From Sphingorhabdus sp. (GTDB taxonomy: Bacteria; Pseudomonadota; Alphaproteobacteria; Sphingomonadales; Sphingomonadaceae), in contig JBGSVG010000130.1 of assembly GCA_041753095.1 (NCBI GenBank), forward strand, positions 1-51,238: a DNA stretch of 51,238 nt, read 5' to 3'. Both the position numbers and the translations under genes were made by a program. Of this stretch, positions 29,376-39,350 are shown piece after piece (position 1 is the first letter of the stretch; every line of letters starts with the position of its first letter). Under the pieces are notes generated by a model, which had not been told where the DNA came from, did not search any database, and saw nothing but the letters and a program-made list of their open reading frames with translations.

Positions 29376-30909
29376 CGCTAGACACAGGATCCAGATTTTG
29401 CAGGTGATTTAAAAAAGCAACTGGCATGTCGGCTTCAATTGCATCGATGACTAACCTGATAGTCGACTGGAGAGCGAGATCTGAAAGATTCTTGCGACTC
29501 CACTCAGGAAAATCTGGAACCGTTAGGGGCGTCTGAACCCAATTACAGCATTGCGTAATGTAATAAGCGTTGACCGCGTCCAAACGCATAGCGTCACTAA
29601 TCTGCAAATGACCGGCTGCCGCAGAGATTAAAAGTTGGAAGTACTGGTCTCGCGTTTTTGCGCTGTGAACGAAGCCCAGATCGGCATAATAGGAACTCGA
29701 TTCGGTTATCACTATTTTCCCTTGAGCTGCGGCCTCTACTCCGATGGTTGATGTATATACTAATACAGTATCGACCTGCTCGATTAGCTCGTAACTGTTA
29801 ACCGGATCGTGTGCAGAAATGAAGTGCAGGCGTGGATGTGTACCGAAATGCTGGTTAAGCAGTGAGTGATAATCGTCACTACTCGCGGCAATCGGCAATC
29901 GTTCGACGGGATGCTGCCTTACAACAACCGGCACATCTGTTTTTTCCAGCAAGTGCCGCACTGTTCCTACGAGCCAATCTTGATTAGTGTCGAAGGAAGT
30001 GTGCAAACCAAGAGCGGCGGAGTCCCAAGAAGAATTCAATGCTATAAGCACGCCTCCTTCATATTTGCGGTCACAGGCTTTAGAACCGGTCACTTGGGAC
30101 GCAAACTTGTCCGTGCCATTGCGACGCTTGGTTAGCTCGGTCATCGCCATCAAACTAACGCGTTGCTGGACCAACGGTTCAGAAACCGATTTTTTGAGCA
30201 ACTTAAATGCCCGTGGAATATCCTGCAACTGACATGCAATGCCGTCGACACATAATAGCAGCACACCATAGCCACCAGAGTCGTAAGTTGACACGCGAAT
30301 GTCACGATTCCGGGCGTGCCGCAGCCACAGCCCGGATGACCCCCAAATGCCGCCAGGGACGACCAAAAGACTGAATCGTTCAGTGGTGAGAAAACCTCCA
30401 ATGGCCGCATCGCATTCCACGAGCTGTTTACGAACGCCATCGATGGATTGGTTGGTAACGGGCGCCTCACCTCTCATCGCCCAGACGCTGTTTAATCGTG
30501 CCAAGGCATCGATAGCTTGGTTATCGCCTGACCCCGCAATACTGTGCTCCGAACTCATTCGGACAACTCGATGCTTTCGGCCGATCAATGACATAACGCT
30601 GCGGATCGATAGCAATTGAAGGTGCCACACCCTGTCGGTTGGCCCAAATGGCAGATCGTCGAGTACAAATGTTACGTTGTGACGGCGTGCGGCAAGGAGC
30701 AAGCCAATGGCAATCGAAAGCCACGGCACCGCTGACCCGCACCACGGAGTTATGACTACGCCAATTTGTAAAGTGGATACGGTAGATGGAGACTCTTCAA
30801 TCTGTGCTCCGATGACAAAGTTGCGCATTCGTACCGTGTCGCGAATCCAAGTTAAAAGGATATTCTCCGCGAATAGTCTGCGACTTATCGAGTGGGAAAA
30901 TTTACGCAT
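29356..30909 (-). CDS. KpsS/KpsC-like (capsule synthesis family) protein; candidate nonulosonic acid transferase
   Basis: C-terminal NSSWD, RQHP and TSTIGVEAA..GK motifs; ATG at 30909 overlaps the wzx stop by 8 bp. Confidence 0.6.
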   Translation of the reverse strand: MRKFSHSISRRLFAENILLTWIRDTVRMRNFVIGAQIEESPSTVSTLQIGVVITPWCGSAVPWLSIAIGLLLAARRHNVTFVLDDLPFGPTDRVWHLQLLSIRSVMSLIGRKHRVVRMSSEHSIAGSGDNQAIDALARLNSVWAMRGEAPVTNQSIDGVRKQLVECDAAIGGFLTTERFSLLVVPGGIWGSSGLWLRHARNRDIRVSTYDSGGYGVLLLCVDGIACQLQDIPRAFKLLKKSVSEPLVQQRVSLMAMTELTKRRNGTDKFASQVTGSKACDRKYEGGVLIALNSSWDSAALGLHTSFDTNQDWLVGTVRHLLEKTDVPVVVRQHPVERLPIAASSDDYHSLLNQHFGTHPRLHFISAHDPVNSYELIEQVDTVLVYTSTIGVEAAAQGKIVITESSSYYADLGFVHSAKTRDQYFQLLISAAAGHLQISDAMRLDAVNAYYITQCCNWVQTPLTVPDFPEWSRKNLSDLALQSTIRLVIDAIEADMPVAFLNHLQNLDPVSSDEDDDG

Positions 30910-32344
30910 AGCTCGAAAAAAACCGCCTTTGAATAAGGTAGAGCGCACCAACCGCTGAGGCACACGCGATTAACTTTATGGGGATTATCATAGTAAGCGG
31001 AATCGATGTTTCCCGAAGTGCGCTTGCGCTGACCGCAACAAGGAAGATAATCACTAGCGCGGATAATGCCAAACCAAACTGAGATTGGCCACTGATGTGC
31101 CAAGCGACCCATTGGCTTACAACCATTCGAAACGCCAGCCCAGCTGCAACGGATATTGCGGCCCCTTCGGCATACAATGTCGGGATTAGCAGCCAACCAA
31201 GGCCAGCAGCAACAATTGCGCTGGCGATTGATATCAGGACAGATGTTTTCGGTCTAAAATGATATAAGAGTACTGTGTCAGCCAGAAGGGAAAAAGTCGT
31301 GGTGAAATTGGCTGCAACGAGCAATAGCATCAATACAGCGCTGCCAGCGTAAATGTCTGGCGCGATTAAGCCAAGCAATTCGCCAGCAAATAGCATTAGA
31401 GCGCTGCATACGGCCAGCATTATCAATGTTAGCTGAAGAGCGGCTTTGCCCAACAGCTTATTAACCTCCTGCGGCCCTGCACCAAACACCGCGGGTTGTA
31501 GAGCAGATCCAAAAGAAGAGCATGCTAGCGCCGCAATCATCGAAAGTTGCTGCGCCAGACCGAAAATTGCGAGTTCCTCCACTGATACATGTCTTTGTAG
31601 CATCAGCATACCCGAACGGTTAAGCGTGAAGTAAGCGAGGTAGCCCACAAGAATGGGCAATGCGTAGTGCAGAGTTTCGGTGATGTCTTTGAGCCGCATG
31701 GCGAAACGGAATTTACGGCCGAACAATAAAATGAGTGCAAGAACCGGCAACAGAGCGCTGACCAGCAAGCCGACCAATATGCCCGGCAAACCCATATCCA
31801 TGTTCAGCAAAAGGATGGCCGATGTCACGGCTAGCATGACAGCGGCACCAAGTTGCAACGAAACAACGGTTGCAACGCGATGTTCGGAGCGTAGCCAAAC
31901 AATAGCCAGCGATCCTAATCCTCCAGCAATGGCAATAGCCAGGGTCAAAGATAGAGCTGGGACTGCAGGAACAGCCGGCGACAATATTTTCCAGACCGAC
32001 GAACCAAAAAAGAAAGTCATCGTCGCGACTAGAACTGCGAAGAGGAGAAAAAATGATATTATCCCGCTTAAATATGCGTCTTCTTCACCACTACGCTTTC
32101 GGTCAAAATAAAGGCGTGCAACGGCCGACGGCAAGCCAAGTTGCAGTAGATAAGTTCCGATATCAACATTCGCACGAACTGCCACATATTGTCCAAATTC
32201 CGTTTGAGACAAGCTATGGGTATATAAAGGTATAAGCAAAAATCCGCCGACTGCGAGCACCGCAACGTCAGACAACCCATATAGCGCGGCAGTTGAAAAC
32301 AGCCGCGAATGAATTTCCTGCACGGATTTTTTTGGAACAATCAA
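30902..32344 (-). CDS. wzx: O-unit flippase
   Basis: 12-14 TM helices; LLIPLYT..L...EFG and YALP motifs of PST-family exporters. Confidence 0.88.
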   Translation of the reverse strand: MIVPKKSVQEIHSRLFSTAALYGLSDVAVLAVGGFLLIPLYTHSLSQTEFGQYVAVRANVDIGTYLLQLGLPSAVARLYFDRKRSGEEDAYLSGIISFFLLFAVLVATMTFFFGSSVWKILSPAVPAVPALSLTLAIAIAGGLGSLAIVWLRSEHRVATVVSLQLGAAVMLAVTSAILLLNMDMGLPGILVGLLVSALLPVLALILLFGRKFRFAMRLKDITETLHYALPILVGYLAYFTLNRSGMLMLQRHVSVEELAIFGLAQQLSMIAALACSSFGSALQPAVFGAGPQEVNKLLGKAALQLTLIMLAVCSALMLFAGELLGLIAPDIYAGSAVLMLLLVAANFTTTFSLLADTVLLYHFRPKTSVLISIASAIVAAGLGWLLIPTLYAEGAAISVAAGLAFRMVVSQWVAWHISGQSQFGLALSALVIIFLVAVSASALRETSIPLTMIIPIKLIACASAVGALYLIQRRFFSSYA

Positions 32345-32381
32345 TTGAAATGACCTTGGCCGGTTGGAGACGCTAGCCGCG

Positions 32382-33488
32382 TCACTCGTGCGCGTTCAGG
32401 GCTTTGTAGCCATGATGCTTGACAAGTTCGTCCCGCTGCGCGCTGATCAGGTCTTCGCGGGTCATTTCGCGGACAAGCTCTTCAAAGCTTATCTTTGGCT
32501 CCCAACCCAGTTGCATCCGGGCCTTTGCCGGATCGCCCAATAAAGTTTCCACCTCTGCCGGGCGGAAATAGCGTGGATCGACCGCAACGATTACCCGGTC
32601 ACTGCCCCCGCCCGCGCCATCAACAAGATAAGCCTTTTCATCGACGCCACTGCCTTCCCAGCGAAGTTCCATTTCCAATTCCCTTGCCGCGGCGTTGACG
32701 AAATCGCGCACGCTGTATTGCAGGCCGGTAGCGATGACATAATCTTCCGGAGTGTCCTGCTGCAGCATCATCCACTGCGCCTCGACATAGTCCTTGGCAT
32801 GACCCCAATCCCGCATCGAATCCATGTTCCCGAGATACAGGCAGTTCTGCAGGCCAAGCTTGATGCGGGCAAGCGCGCGGGTTATCTTGCGCGTCACGAA
32901 TGTCTCACCGCGCAGTGGAGATTCGTGATTAAACAGAATGCCGTTGCAGGCGAACATTCCATAGGCCTCGCGATAATTGACCGTAATCCAATATGCGTAG
33001 AGCTTGGCGACGCCATAAGGGCTGCGCGGGTAAAATGGCGTGCTTTCCTTTTGCGGCGTTTCCTGGACCAGACCGTACATTTCGGACGTGCTGGCCTGGT
33101 AAAAACGCGTTTTGCCGTTCAAGCCCAGAAGCCGGATGGCTTCCAATATCCTCAATGGCCCAAGCGCGTCGGAGTTCGCAGTATATTCGGGTTCTTCGAA
33201 GCTGACATGGACATGCGACTGCGCCGCCAGATTGTAGATTTCATCGGGTTGGACCTGCTGGATAATCCGTACAAGGCTTGATGCGTCGGTCATGTCTCCA
33301 TAATGCAGAAACAGCCGGGTATCGGGGAGATGGGGGTCCTGATAGAGATGGTCGATCCGGTCGGTGTTGAACAATGATGCCCGGCGGCGGATGCCGTGAA
33401 CAATATAGCCCTTTTCCAAAAGGAATTCGGCGAGGTAGGCACCGTCTTGGCCAGTGATGCCGGTGATAAGTGCAACTTTGTTTGTCAT
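32382..33488 (-). CDS. gmd: GDP-mannose 4,6-dehydratase
   Basis: [45 protein letters not shown] motifs. Confidence 0.97.
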   Translation of the reverse strand: MTNKVALITGITGQDGAYLAEFLLEKGYIVHGIRRRASLFNTDRIDHLYQDPHLPDTRLFLHYGDMTDASSLVRIIQQVQPDEIYNLAAQSHVHVSFEEPEYTANSDALGPLRILEAIRLLGLNGKTRFYQASTSEMYGLVQETPQKESTPFYPRSPYGVAKLYAYWITVNYREAYGMFACNGILFNHESPLRGETFVTRKITRALARIKLGLQNCLYLGNMDSMRDWGHAKDYVEAQWMMLQQDTPEDYVIATGLQYSVRDFVNAAARELEMELRWEGSGVDEKAYLVDGAGGGSDRVIVAVDPRYFRPAEVETLLGDPAKARMQLGWEPKISFEELVREMTREDLISAQRDELVKHHGYKALNAHE

Positions 33489-33561
33489 ATCGTGGTCTGT
33501 GCTATCTGTTGTTGAGTGTATATCGGAGGTGTTAGGTCGTTCCGTCGGACTGGGGCAAAGC

Positions 33562-34296
33562 CTATTGTGCTAACGCCCATCGCTCTGCAATCTCCCAGTC
33601 TTCTGCAGTGTCAATATCGAGGCATTCTTTGCTATCCGTCATGATGAATGGGATTACGCCCCGGCGGATTATTGGCAGGCCGTTGCGGATATCTCTGGCA
33701 GGAATGATGTATAAGGCGCCGTTGAGTGAATAGGCTGGTACAAGATCCTGCGATCGCTGCTGCAGCGGCTCCCACCCCATGACTGGAGTCATCCTGTCAT
33801 CGGGCCCATCTAGCGTAAACGTCCATGCAGGATGTGCCTCAGCCGGGCTAACGCTGACCACTGGGCTGATGGATTCCGCATTTTGCCGACTGTATCGCGT
33901 CACGGCAGCCATGATAGATACGGCCGAACGAAACGGACTGGTTGGCTGAAGCAACAAAACCGCGTCGACTGCTTCATGATGGTCTTCATACCACGCCAAC
34001 GCATGCCTGATAACAGACGCACTATCCGATGTATCGGTCGCCAAATGCGCCGGCCGCAGCCAGGGAACCATCGCCCCTCCGTTTCGGGCAACATCCGCAA
34101 TTGCCGGATCATCGGTGCTGACCAGCAAGTCCGCACAGACACCGCTTTCGCGAGCTGCATTGATTGTCCATTCAATCAACGGCTTGCCCGCGAGTGGCAA
34201 GATATTCTTACCCGGCAGTCGTTTGCTTCCGCCGCGTGCGGGAATGATCGCCAAAAGGCGTAAAGAATCAGGCACGGAAAAGTCCTGCGACATCAT
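33562..34296 (-). CDS. legF: CMP-nonulosonate (legionaminate) synthetase, NeuA/LegF family
   Basis: [34 protein letters not shown] motifs. Confidence 0.88.
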   Translation of the reverse strand: MMSQDFSVPDSLRLLAIIPARGGSKRLPGKNILPLAGKPLIEWTINAARESGVCADLLVSTDDPAIADVARNGGAMVPWLRPAHLATDTSDSASVIRHALAWYEDHHEAVDAVLLLQPTSPFRSAVSIMAAVTRYSRQNAESISPVVSVSPAEAHPAWTFTLDGPDDRMTPVMGWEPLQQRSQDLVPAYSLNGALYIIPARDIRNGLPIIRRGVIPFIMTDSKECLDIDTAEDWEIAERWALAQ

Positions 34297-35338
34297 CCTG
34301 TGCCTGCTTGAAATCTTCCATGCGGCCTATGTCGAGCCAATATTCATGCACCGGGAATATGTTTACCTGGCGGCCTGCGGCCATGTGATGTTCCAATAGC
34401 GTAGGCATATCAATCCTCACGCCGGATTCCGCCGATTCTATGAGTTGGGGCGACAGCACATAGATTCCGGCGTTGATGAAATAGCGATATGATGGCTTTT
34501 CGACCATGCCCGTTATCTGCAAGCCGTCGCTTTCGATTACGCCATAGGGCACGCGGTGCTCATATTCCCGCACACACATGGTGGCCATGCTGTCATGCCT
34601 GTCGTGGAAGTCGAGCAACTGATTGAAATTCAGGTTGGTGAGCAGATCGGCATTCATCATGAACATCGGCTCCTGGATCACACCCTTTGGCAATAAGCCC
34701 AGAGCGCCGCCCGTTCCCAAAGGTTCGTCTTCGTGAACATATTCGACGTCGATGTTCCAGCGGCTGCCGTCCCCGATCCGTTCGCGGATCATGTCGGGCC
34801 GGTAATGCGTCGATATGAAAAACCGATGGAAGCCTGCATGAACGAAGTTTTCGATAATGATCTCTAATATCGATTGATCACCGACGTTGAGCAGCGGCTT
34901 CGGACAATTTTCCGTCAACGGCTGCAATCTCTTGCCAAAACCGCCTGCCATAAGGAACACTGCATTGTCCCGCTTGCGGCCATGAAGCAGGCCATGCAGG
35001 GTTTCGATACCTACAACCCTGTTATCCGCATCCACGATGGGTATTTGCGACAGCTGATGTTTTTCCATCAGCTGAAGGATGCTCTCGTGCGTCGAACCGA
35101 CAAAGGCTACATGGGGCTGTTGACCCATCACCGCCGATACTGGAACATCGAGACCGGCATTACGCAGTAACGCCCGCCGCACGTCGCCGTCGGTCAACGT
35201 GCCCAAAATTCGCCGATCGCCATCGACGACAACTGCGATTTGAAGGCCGCCGCGGTCCAGAACAGTCATCGCTGTTTGCAAGTCGGTGCCGGGAGACACT
35301 AGTATTCCTTCTAAAGGATTCATGCGCGTGTCATCCAC
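34268..35338 (-). CDS. ptmE: CBS-domain sugar-1-phosphate nucleotidyltransferase (PtmE/LgaF-like)
   Basis: N-terminal CBS pair (LTDGDVRR); MAGGFGKRL.PLT..PKPLL, PLGTGGAL, WLDIG motifs. Confidence 0.85.
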   Translation of the reverse strand: MDDTRMNPLEGILVSPGTDLQTAMTVLDRGGLQIAVVVDGDRRILGTLTDGDVRRALLRNAGLDVPVSAVMGQQPHVAFVGSTHESILQLMEKHQLSQIPIVDADNRVVGIETLHGLLHGRKRDNAVFLMAGGFGKRLQPLTENCPKPLLNVGDQSILEIIIENFVHAGFHRFFISTHYRPDMIRERIGDGSRWNIDVEYVHEDEPLGTGGALGLLPKGVIQEPMFMMNADLLTNLNFNQLLDFHDRHDSMATMCVREYEHRVPYGVIESDGLQITGMVEKPSYRYFINAGIYVLSPQLIESAESGVRIDMPTLLEHHMAAGRQVNIFPVHEYWLDIGRMEDFKQAQDDVAGLFRA

Positions 35339-36563
35339 TATAAGGTGTGCTTTGTTGGTTCAGAGAGCTAAAATCCTTGGGCTGGCTCAAGTCCAACGTG
35401 CTTGCATCGGTCAAGTCGTAGAACGATTTTTTCAAGAGGTTTTCGAGCGGGTGTTTCGTGAGGATCTCGACAATCATCTGGCTGGCCCCGCCCTCGCCGT
35501 AGGGATTTTTTACTGTTGCTAGCGAAGATTGAAACTCGGGATCATACAACCTTGCTAAAGCATTGGTAATACTCTCGCAGTCCGGATCACAATTTATAAC
35601 GCTCCGCGCCATTAACCGCCCTTTCTGCCGATCACCGATATTAATGGTGCCGATGCCCATGCTGGGCGCTTCTGCAAGACCGCTCGAAGAGTTTCCGACT
35701 ACGCCGTCGACAAACTGCATGCATGACAAGTATCGTAATTGGCCAAGAGACGGGTACAGCCATGCATTCTGCCGCTCATTGACGTAAGCCTCGAGCAAAA
35801 GCCGTAATTCCTGTCCGCCATTGTCTGCATTGGGAAAAGTAAAAATCAGGCGAGTATCGACAAGTCTATCTAACGCGTCCAACATTGAGCGCATTTGCTC
35901 CACCGAGCTGTTTTGCTCCAAGGTGACCGGATGAAAGGTTATAAGAAGATTTCGCGCGCCGAACTCGAGCCCAAGCGATTCTTCTAGTTCTGGTTTGGTA
36001 AGAAGTTTCAATTGTTTAATTGCGTCTATTCCAAGGCCTCCAACAAGAAACACCCGATCAGGGTGCTCACCTAGCTGAATTACTCGGCGGGCATATTCAT
36101 CCGCAGCGACACAATGGAGGTGAGCCATTTTTGTTATCGCGTGCCTAATGGCCTCGTCGAATGCTCCCTCAGTTGTCTCGCCGCCATGAATATGACAGAT
36201 CGGGATTCCAGCTATGAGCGCAGCCGTCGCTGCCGAAAGTAGTTCAAATCTATCGCCAAGCATCACTAACAAATCGGGTTTTAAAGCGGCATAAGCGTCG
36301 GCAAATCCGATTGTCCCTAACCCAATGGATTTTGTAACGGCGGTTGGCGAGTCCGCTCCAAGCAGCATTTCAACCTTATAGTCGATTTGGAATCCGGCGT
36401 TCTCAATTTCACGGTAGGTGGACCCGTACTCGGGTGACAGATGCATCCCAGTAACGACAACCTGCAGCGTGAGATCAGCCGATTGTTCTATCTTGTGCAT
36501 CAGACCACACAGAAGGCCAAATTCGGCGCGTGACCCAGTTATGACGCAAATTTTTCGAGTCAC
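35331..36563 (-). CDS. legG: Hydrolysing NDP-diNAc-bacillosamine 2-epimerase (NeuC/LegG)
   Basis: TGSRAE, TGMHLS, LGDRFE, HIHGGE, GNSSSG, IGDRQKGR motifs. Confidence 0.9.
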   Translation of the reverse strand: MTRKICVITGSRAEFGLLCGLMHKIEQSADLTLQVVVTGMHLSPEYGSTYREIENAGFQIDYKVEMLLGADSPTAVTKSIGLGTIGFADAYAALKPDLLVMLGDRFELLSAATAALIAGIPICHIHGGETTEGAFDEAIRHAITKMAHLHCVAADEYARRVIQLGEHPDRVFLVGGLGIDAIKQLKLLTKPELEESLGLEFGARNLLITFHPVTLEQNSSVEQMRSMLDALDRLVDTRLIFTFPNADNGGQELRLLLEAYVNERQNAWLYPSLGQLRYLSCMQFVDGVVGNSSSGLAEAPSMGIGTINIGDRQKGRLMARSVINCDPDCESITNALARLYDPEFQSSLATVKNPYGEGGASQMIVEILTKHPLENLLKKSFYDLTDASTLDLSQPKDFSSLNQQSTPYSG

Positions 36564-37561
36564 AGTTGAATGAACTCGTCGATCTCGAATTGACGCGAGG
36601 CAGGCTTACCTACGACATCGTCCCATTGCATCGGTGAAATTCCCGTACCGGGCCTTTTGACCGCAAGGTTGTCTTCTGAAAAAAGTTCTCCAACTGTAAT
36701 TTGACGACGGGCCACGATTGACTTGCGAGCTATACTGCGGTTCTTTTGCTCGCTTTTAGACGGCCGTTTAACGCCGTCGCCCAGAGCGCATTCGATATTC
36801 CGTATAGCAGCAACCATTGCAGTCAATTCATCTGGCTCAAGACTGGCCTGATGATCCGGACCGGGCAGCTTTCGATCCAACGTAAAATGTTTTTCAATAA
36901 CGGTCGCGCCCATTGCAACAGCGGCAATGGGCACCTCAATGCCGGGGGTGTGATCCGAATATCCCACTTTGACGCCGAAAGCATCGCGTAATGATACCAT
37001 TGCCTTCAAATTCACCTCAGTCATCGGTGCCGGATATTCTGTAGTGCAGTGCAAAACTGTTATTAAACTTCGGGGGGTGCCGGCATTTTCGATCACCTCG
37101 ATAGCTGCTTCAATTTCTCCCAAAGTAGCCATACCCGTCGAAAGCAGAACGGGCTTTCCAGATCCCGCCATATGCCGGAGCAATGGAAGGTTAGTCAGCT
37201 CTCCGGAGGGAACTTTAACAAACTCAAGATCGAAACTCTGCAGCATATCAAAGCTCGCAGCATCAAACGCTGTTGAAAAAAAGCCGATGCTATTTTTCTT
37301 ACATTCATCAATCAGGATTTTGTGGTCCTCTTCAGAAAGCTCGAGTTGCCTGACCATTTCAAACTGGCTTTCCGTCTCACCGGTCGCGAGTATTTGGTAA
37401 TCCGCCTTAGGCGCATTTATTGAAATGTTTTCAGCAGTTTTGAACGACTGAAATTTTACGAGATCCGCCCCCGCAGCAGCCGCAACAGCTATTAGCTGCA
37501 GCGCGAGGTTCATGTCACCATTGTGATTAACCCCTGCCTCGGCAATTATAAGAGTTTTCAT
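36560..37561 (-). CDS. legI: Nonulosonate (legionaminic acid) synthase (NeuB/LegI)
   Basis: IAEAGVNHNG, LHCTTEYP, GYSDHT, IEKHFTLD motifs, C-terminal AFP-like domain. Confidence 0.92.
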   Translation of the reverse strand: MKTLIIAEAGVNHNGDMNLALQLIAVAAAAGADLVKFQSFKTAENISINAPKADYQILATGETESQFEMVRQLELSEEDHKILIDECKKNSIGFFSTAFDAASFDMLQSFDLEFVKVPSGELTNLPLLRHMAGSGKPVLLSTGMATLGEIEAAIEVIENAGTPRSLITVLHCTTEYPAPMTEVNLKAMVSLRDAFGVKVGYSDHTPGIEVPIAAVAMGATVIEKHFTLDRKLPGPDHQASLEPDELTAMVAAIRNIECALGDGVKRPSKSEQKNRSIARKSIVARRQITVGELFSEDNLAVKRPGTGISPMQWDDVVGKPASRQFEIDEFIQL

Positions 37562-38196
37562 TTAATTCTCTTTGCTGGAATGCCTACATATGTCGCGTCA
37601 GAATCGCAGCTTCTTACAACGACTGAACCCGAGCCGATCATAGTATTGGCTCCGATAATCAGCTTTGACCCAGGGAGACCTTGGTTGATTACTGCCCCCG
37701 TTCCAATCCAGCATCCCGACTGGATGTGGACATTGCCAGATACATTCACCCCTGGGGCAATGTTTGTAAATTCTTCGACGTCGACATCATGCCCAATTGT
37801 GGCGTTTAGGTTAAAAATGGAAAAATCCCCCACCTTAATGTTATTTGTAAATCGGACCCCGGCACATACAATTATGCCAGATTTCGTCTCAATATGTGCT
37901 TTTTGATTTTTTCCGAAAGAGGCGTTGGGATGAATGAGATTTGCGAAGCGTACTTTGTCGGCGAAGCGACGTGCAATACTTCGACGGACAGTGTTTTCGC
38001 CGATCCCAATGATACATTCCAGATCGCTATATCGCTCGATTTCGGACTCTATTAATATCTCATCAGGAAAGGTCCAAGAATCAGCTTCCGAACGGTCTCT
38101 CGCGATGAAGACGGGATTCAGGCCCACTGCCAGCGCAACGTCGCCGGTTTCGCGGGCAAAGCCGGATGTTCCGAATATACCTATCCTTTTAGTCAT
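37558..38196 (-). CDS. NeuD/PglD-family sugar acetyltransferase (LegH/LgaE role)
   Basis: N-terminal Rossmann-like IFGTSGFARE, NLIHP, IGHDV hexapeptide repeats, GIPA; ATG at 38196 overlaps the legC stop. Confidence 0.85.
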   Translation of the reverse strand: MTKRIGIFGTSGFARETGDVALAVGLNPVFIARDRSEADSWTFPDEILIESEIERYSDLECIIGIGENTVRRSIARRFADKVRFANLIHPNASFGKNQKAHIETKSGIIVCAGVRFTNNIKVGDFSIFNLNATIGHDVDVEEFTNIAPGVNVSGNVHIQSGCWIGTGAVINQGLPGSKLIIGANTMIGSGSVVVRSCDSDATYVGIPAKRIK

Positions 38197-39344
38197 GCCT
38201 CCTCCATCGCCGTCACGCTGCTCGGCAAATTCACAACGCGCTCTTCCAGCCATTCCGCCATCTCCAGCGGGCCGCGCAGCGCGTGCTGAAAGATTTGCAG
38301 GCGGGTCATCAACGTCCAGATCGGACGCGTCATAACGCCGGCCTCATTTGTTGATTTCAAGAGCGCATCGCGCTGCGCCAAATCTTTACAGATCACACCG
38401 TTCAGCCAGTAATTGGAATGACAATCATCCGGCTCTACAATTGGTTCAAGATCGGAATTCTGGAAAAAAGCGATATAGCGGCCAGCCAGGGCCCGTTTTG
38501 ACGCAAGGAACGCGGGCATTTGTTCCAGCTGCGCGCAGCCAAGCGCGGCATTCAAATTGGGCAGCCGATAGTTGAACCCGATCTCGTCGTGAACAAACTC
38601 ATAGGGGTGCGCGACTTTTGCTGTTGTCGTCAAATGCTTGGCCCGGCTGCCGGTGATGTCATCGGTCAGAATCATGCCGCCGCCGCCCGTCGTCATTATC
38701 TTGTTGCCATTGAAACTGAGCACCCCGATGTCCCCGAATGTGCCAGTGTGTCGCCCTTTATAAAGGCTACCCAATGACTCGGCGGCATCTTCGATCAGGA
38801 CGAGTTTCCAGCGCTGGCAAACCTCGAGCAGCCCATCCAGATCTGCTGGATGACCGAAGGTGTGCATCGGCAGACAGGCGCGGACGGGACGGTGCCCTTT
38901 GATTGTCCGGCAGAGCCCTGCGTCATCGATCAACGCATTTTCGGTTAACCAGGCATCCAGCGCGATTGGCGATAGTCCCAAGCTATGGCGGTCGACGTCG
39001 ATAAAGAGCGGTTCGGCCCCGCAGTAAGCGATCGCGTTACAGGTCGCGACGAATGTCAGTGGTTGCGTGACGACGAGATCACCCTGTCCAACACCGGCCA
39101 GCTTCAGTGCAATGTGCAAGGCTGCGGTACCATTCATGACCGCCACCGCACGCGGGGCACCTGTATATTCTGCCATCTCACGTTCAAAGCTGTCCACGTA
39201 GCTGCCAACGCTCGATACGAAGGTGGAGTCTATGGTATCCATCACCAGTTCACGTTCGCGACCAGCAAAGCGCGGAGCATGCAACGGAATGAACTGGTCG
39301 GTGCCATATTGTTCGCGAACGAACTGTATCAGTTTATCAAACAT
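38193..39344 (-). CDS. legC: LegC-family PLP aminotransferase
   Basis: IPLHAP.F, NGTAALH, EDAAESLGS, SFNGNKIMTTGGGG, RPIW, NLPSS motifs. Confidence 0.93.
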   Translation of the reverse strand: MFDKLIQFVREQYGTDQFIPLHAPRFAGRERELVMDTIDSTFVSSVGSYVDSFEREMAEYTGAPRAVAVMNGTAALHIALKLAGVGQGDLVVTQPLTFVATCNAIAYCGAEPLFIDVDRHSLGLSPIALDAWLTENALIDDAGLCRTIKGHRPVRACLPMHTFGHPADLDGLLEVCQRWKLVLIEDAAESLGSLYKGRHTGTFGDIGVLSFNGNKIMTTGGGGMILTDDITGSRAKHLTTTAKVAHPYEFVHDEIGFNYRLPNLNAALGCAQLEQMPAFLASKRALAGRYIAFFQNSDLEPIVEPDDCHSNYWLNGVICKDLAQRDALLKSTNEAGVMTRPIWTLMTRLQIFQHALRGPLEMAEWLEERVVNLPSSVTAMEEA

Positions 39345-39350
39345 ACAGCG

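Noticed and set aside
30910-30963. Extended N-termini from the ORF track (also 8993, 18076, 26948, 38253, 40880, 41950, 43434, 47744, 50514)
   Set aside because: Downstream ATGs give better RBS, standard stop/start coupling or family-typical N-termini.
33489-33561. GTTAGGT as an integron attC core site
   Set aside because: No matching partner core site or long imperfect palindrome, and no integrase or cassette array.
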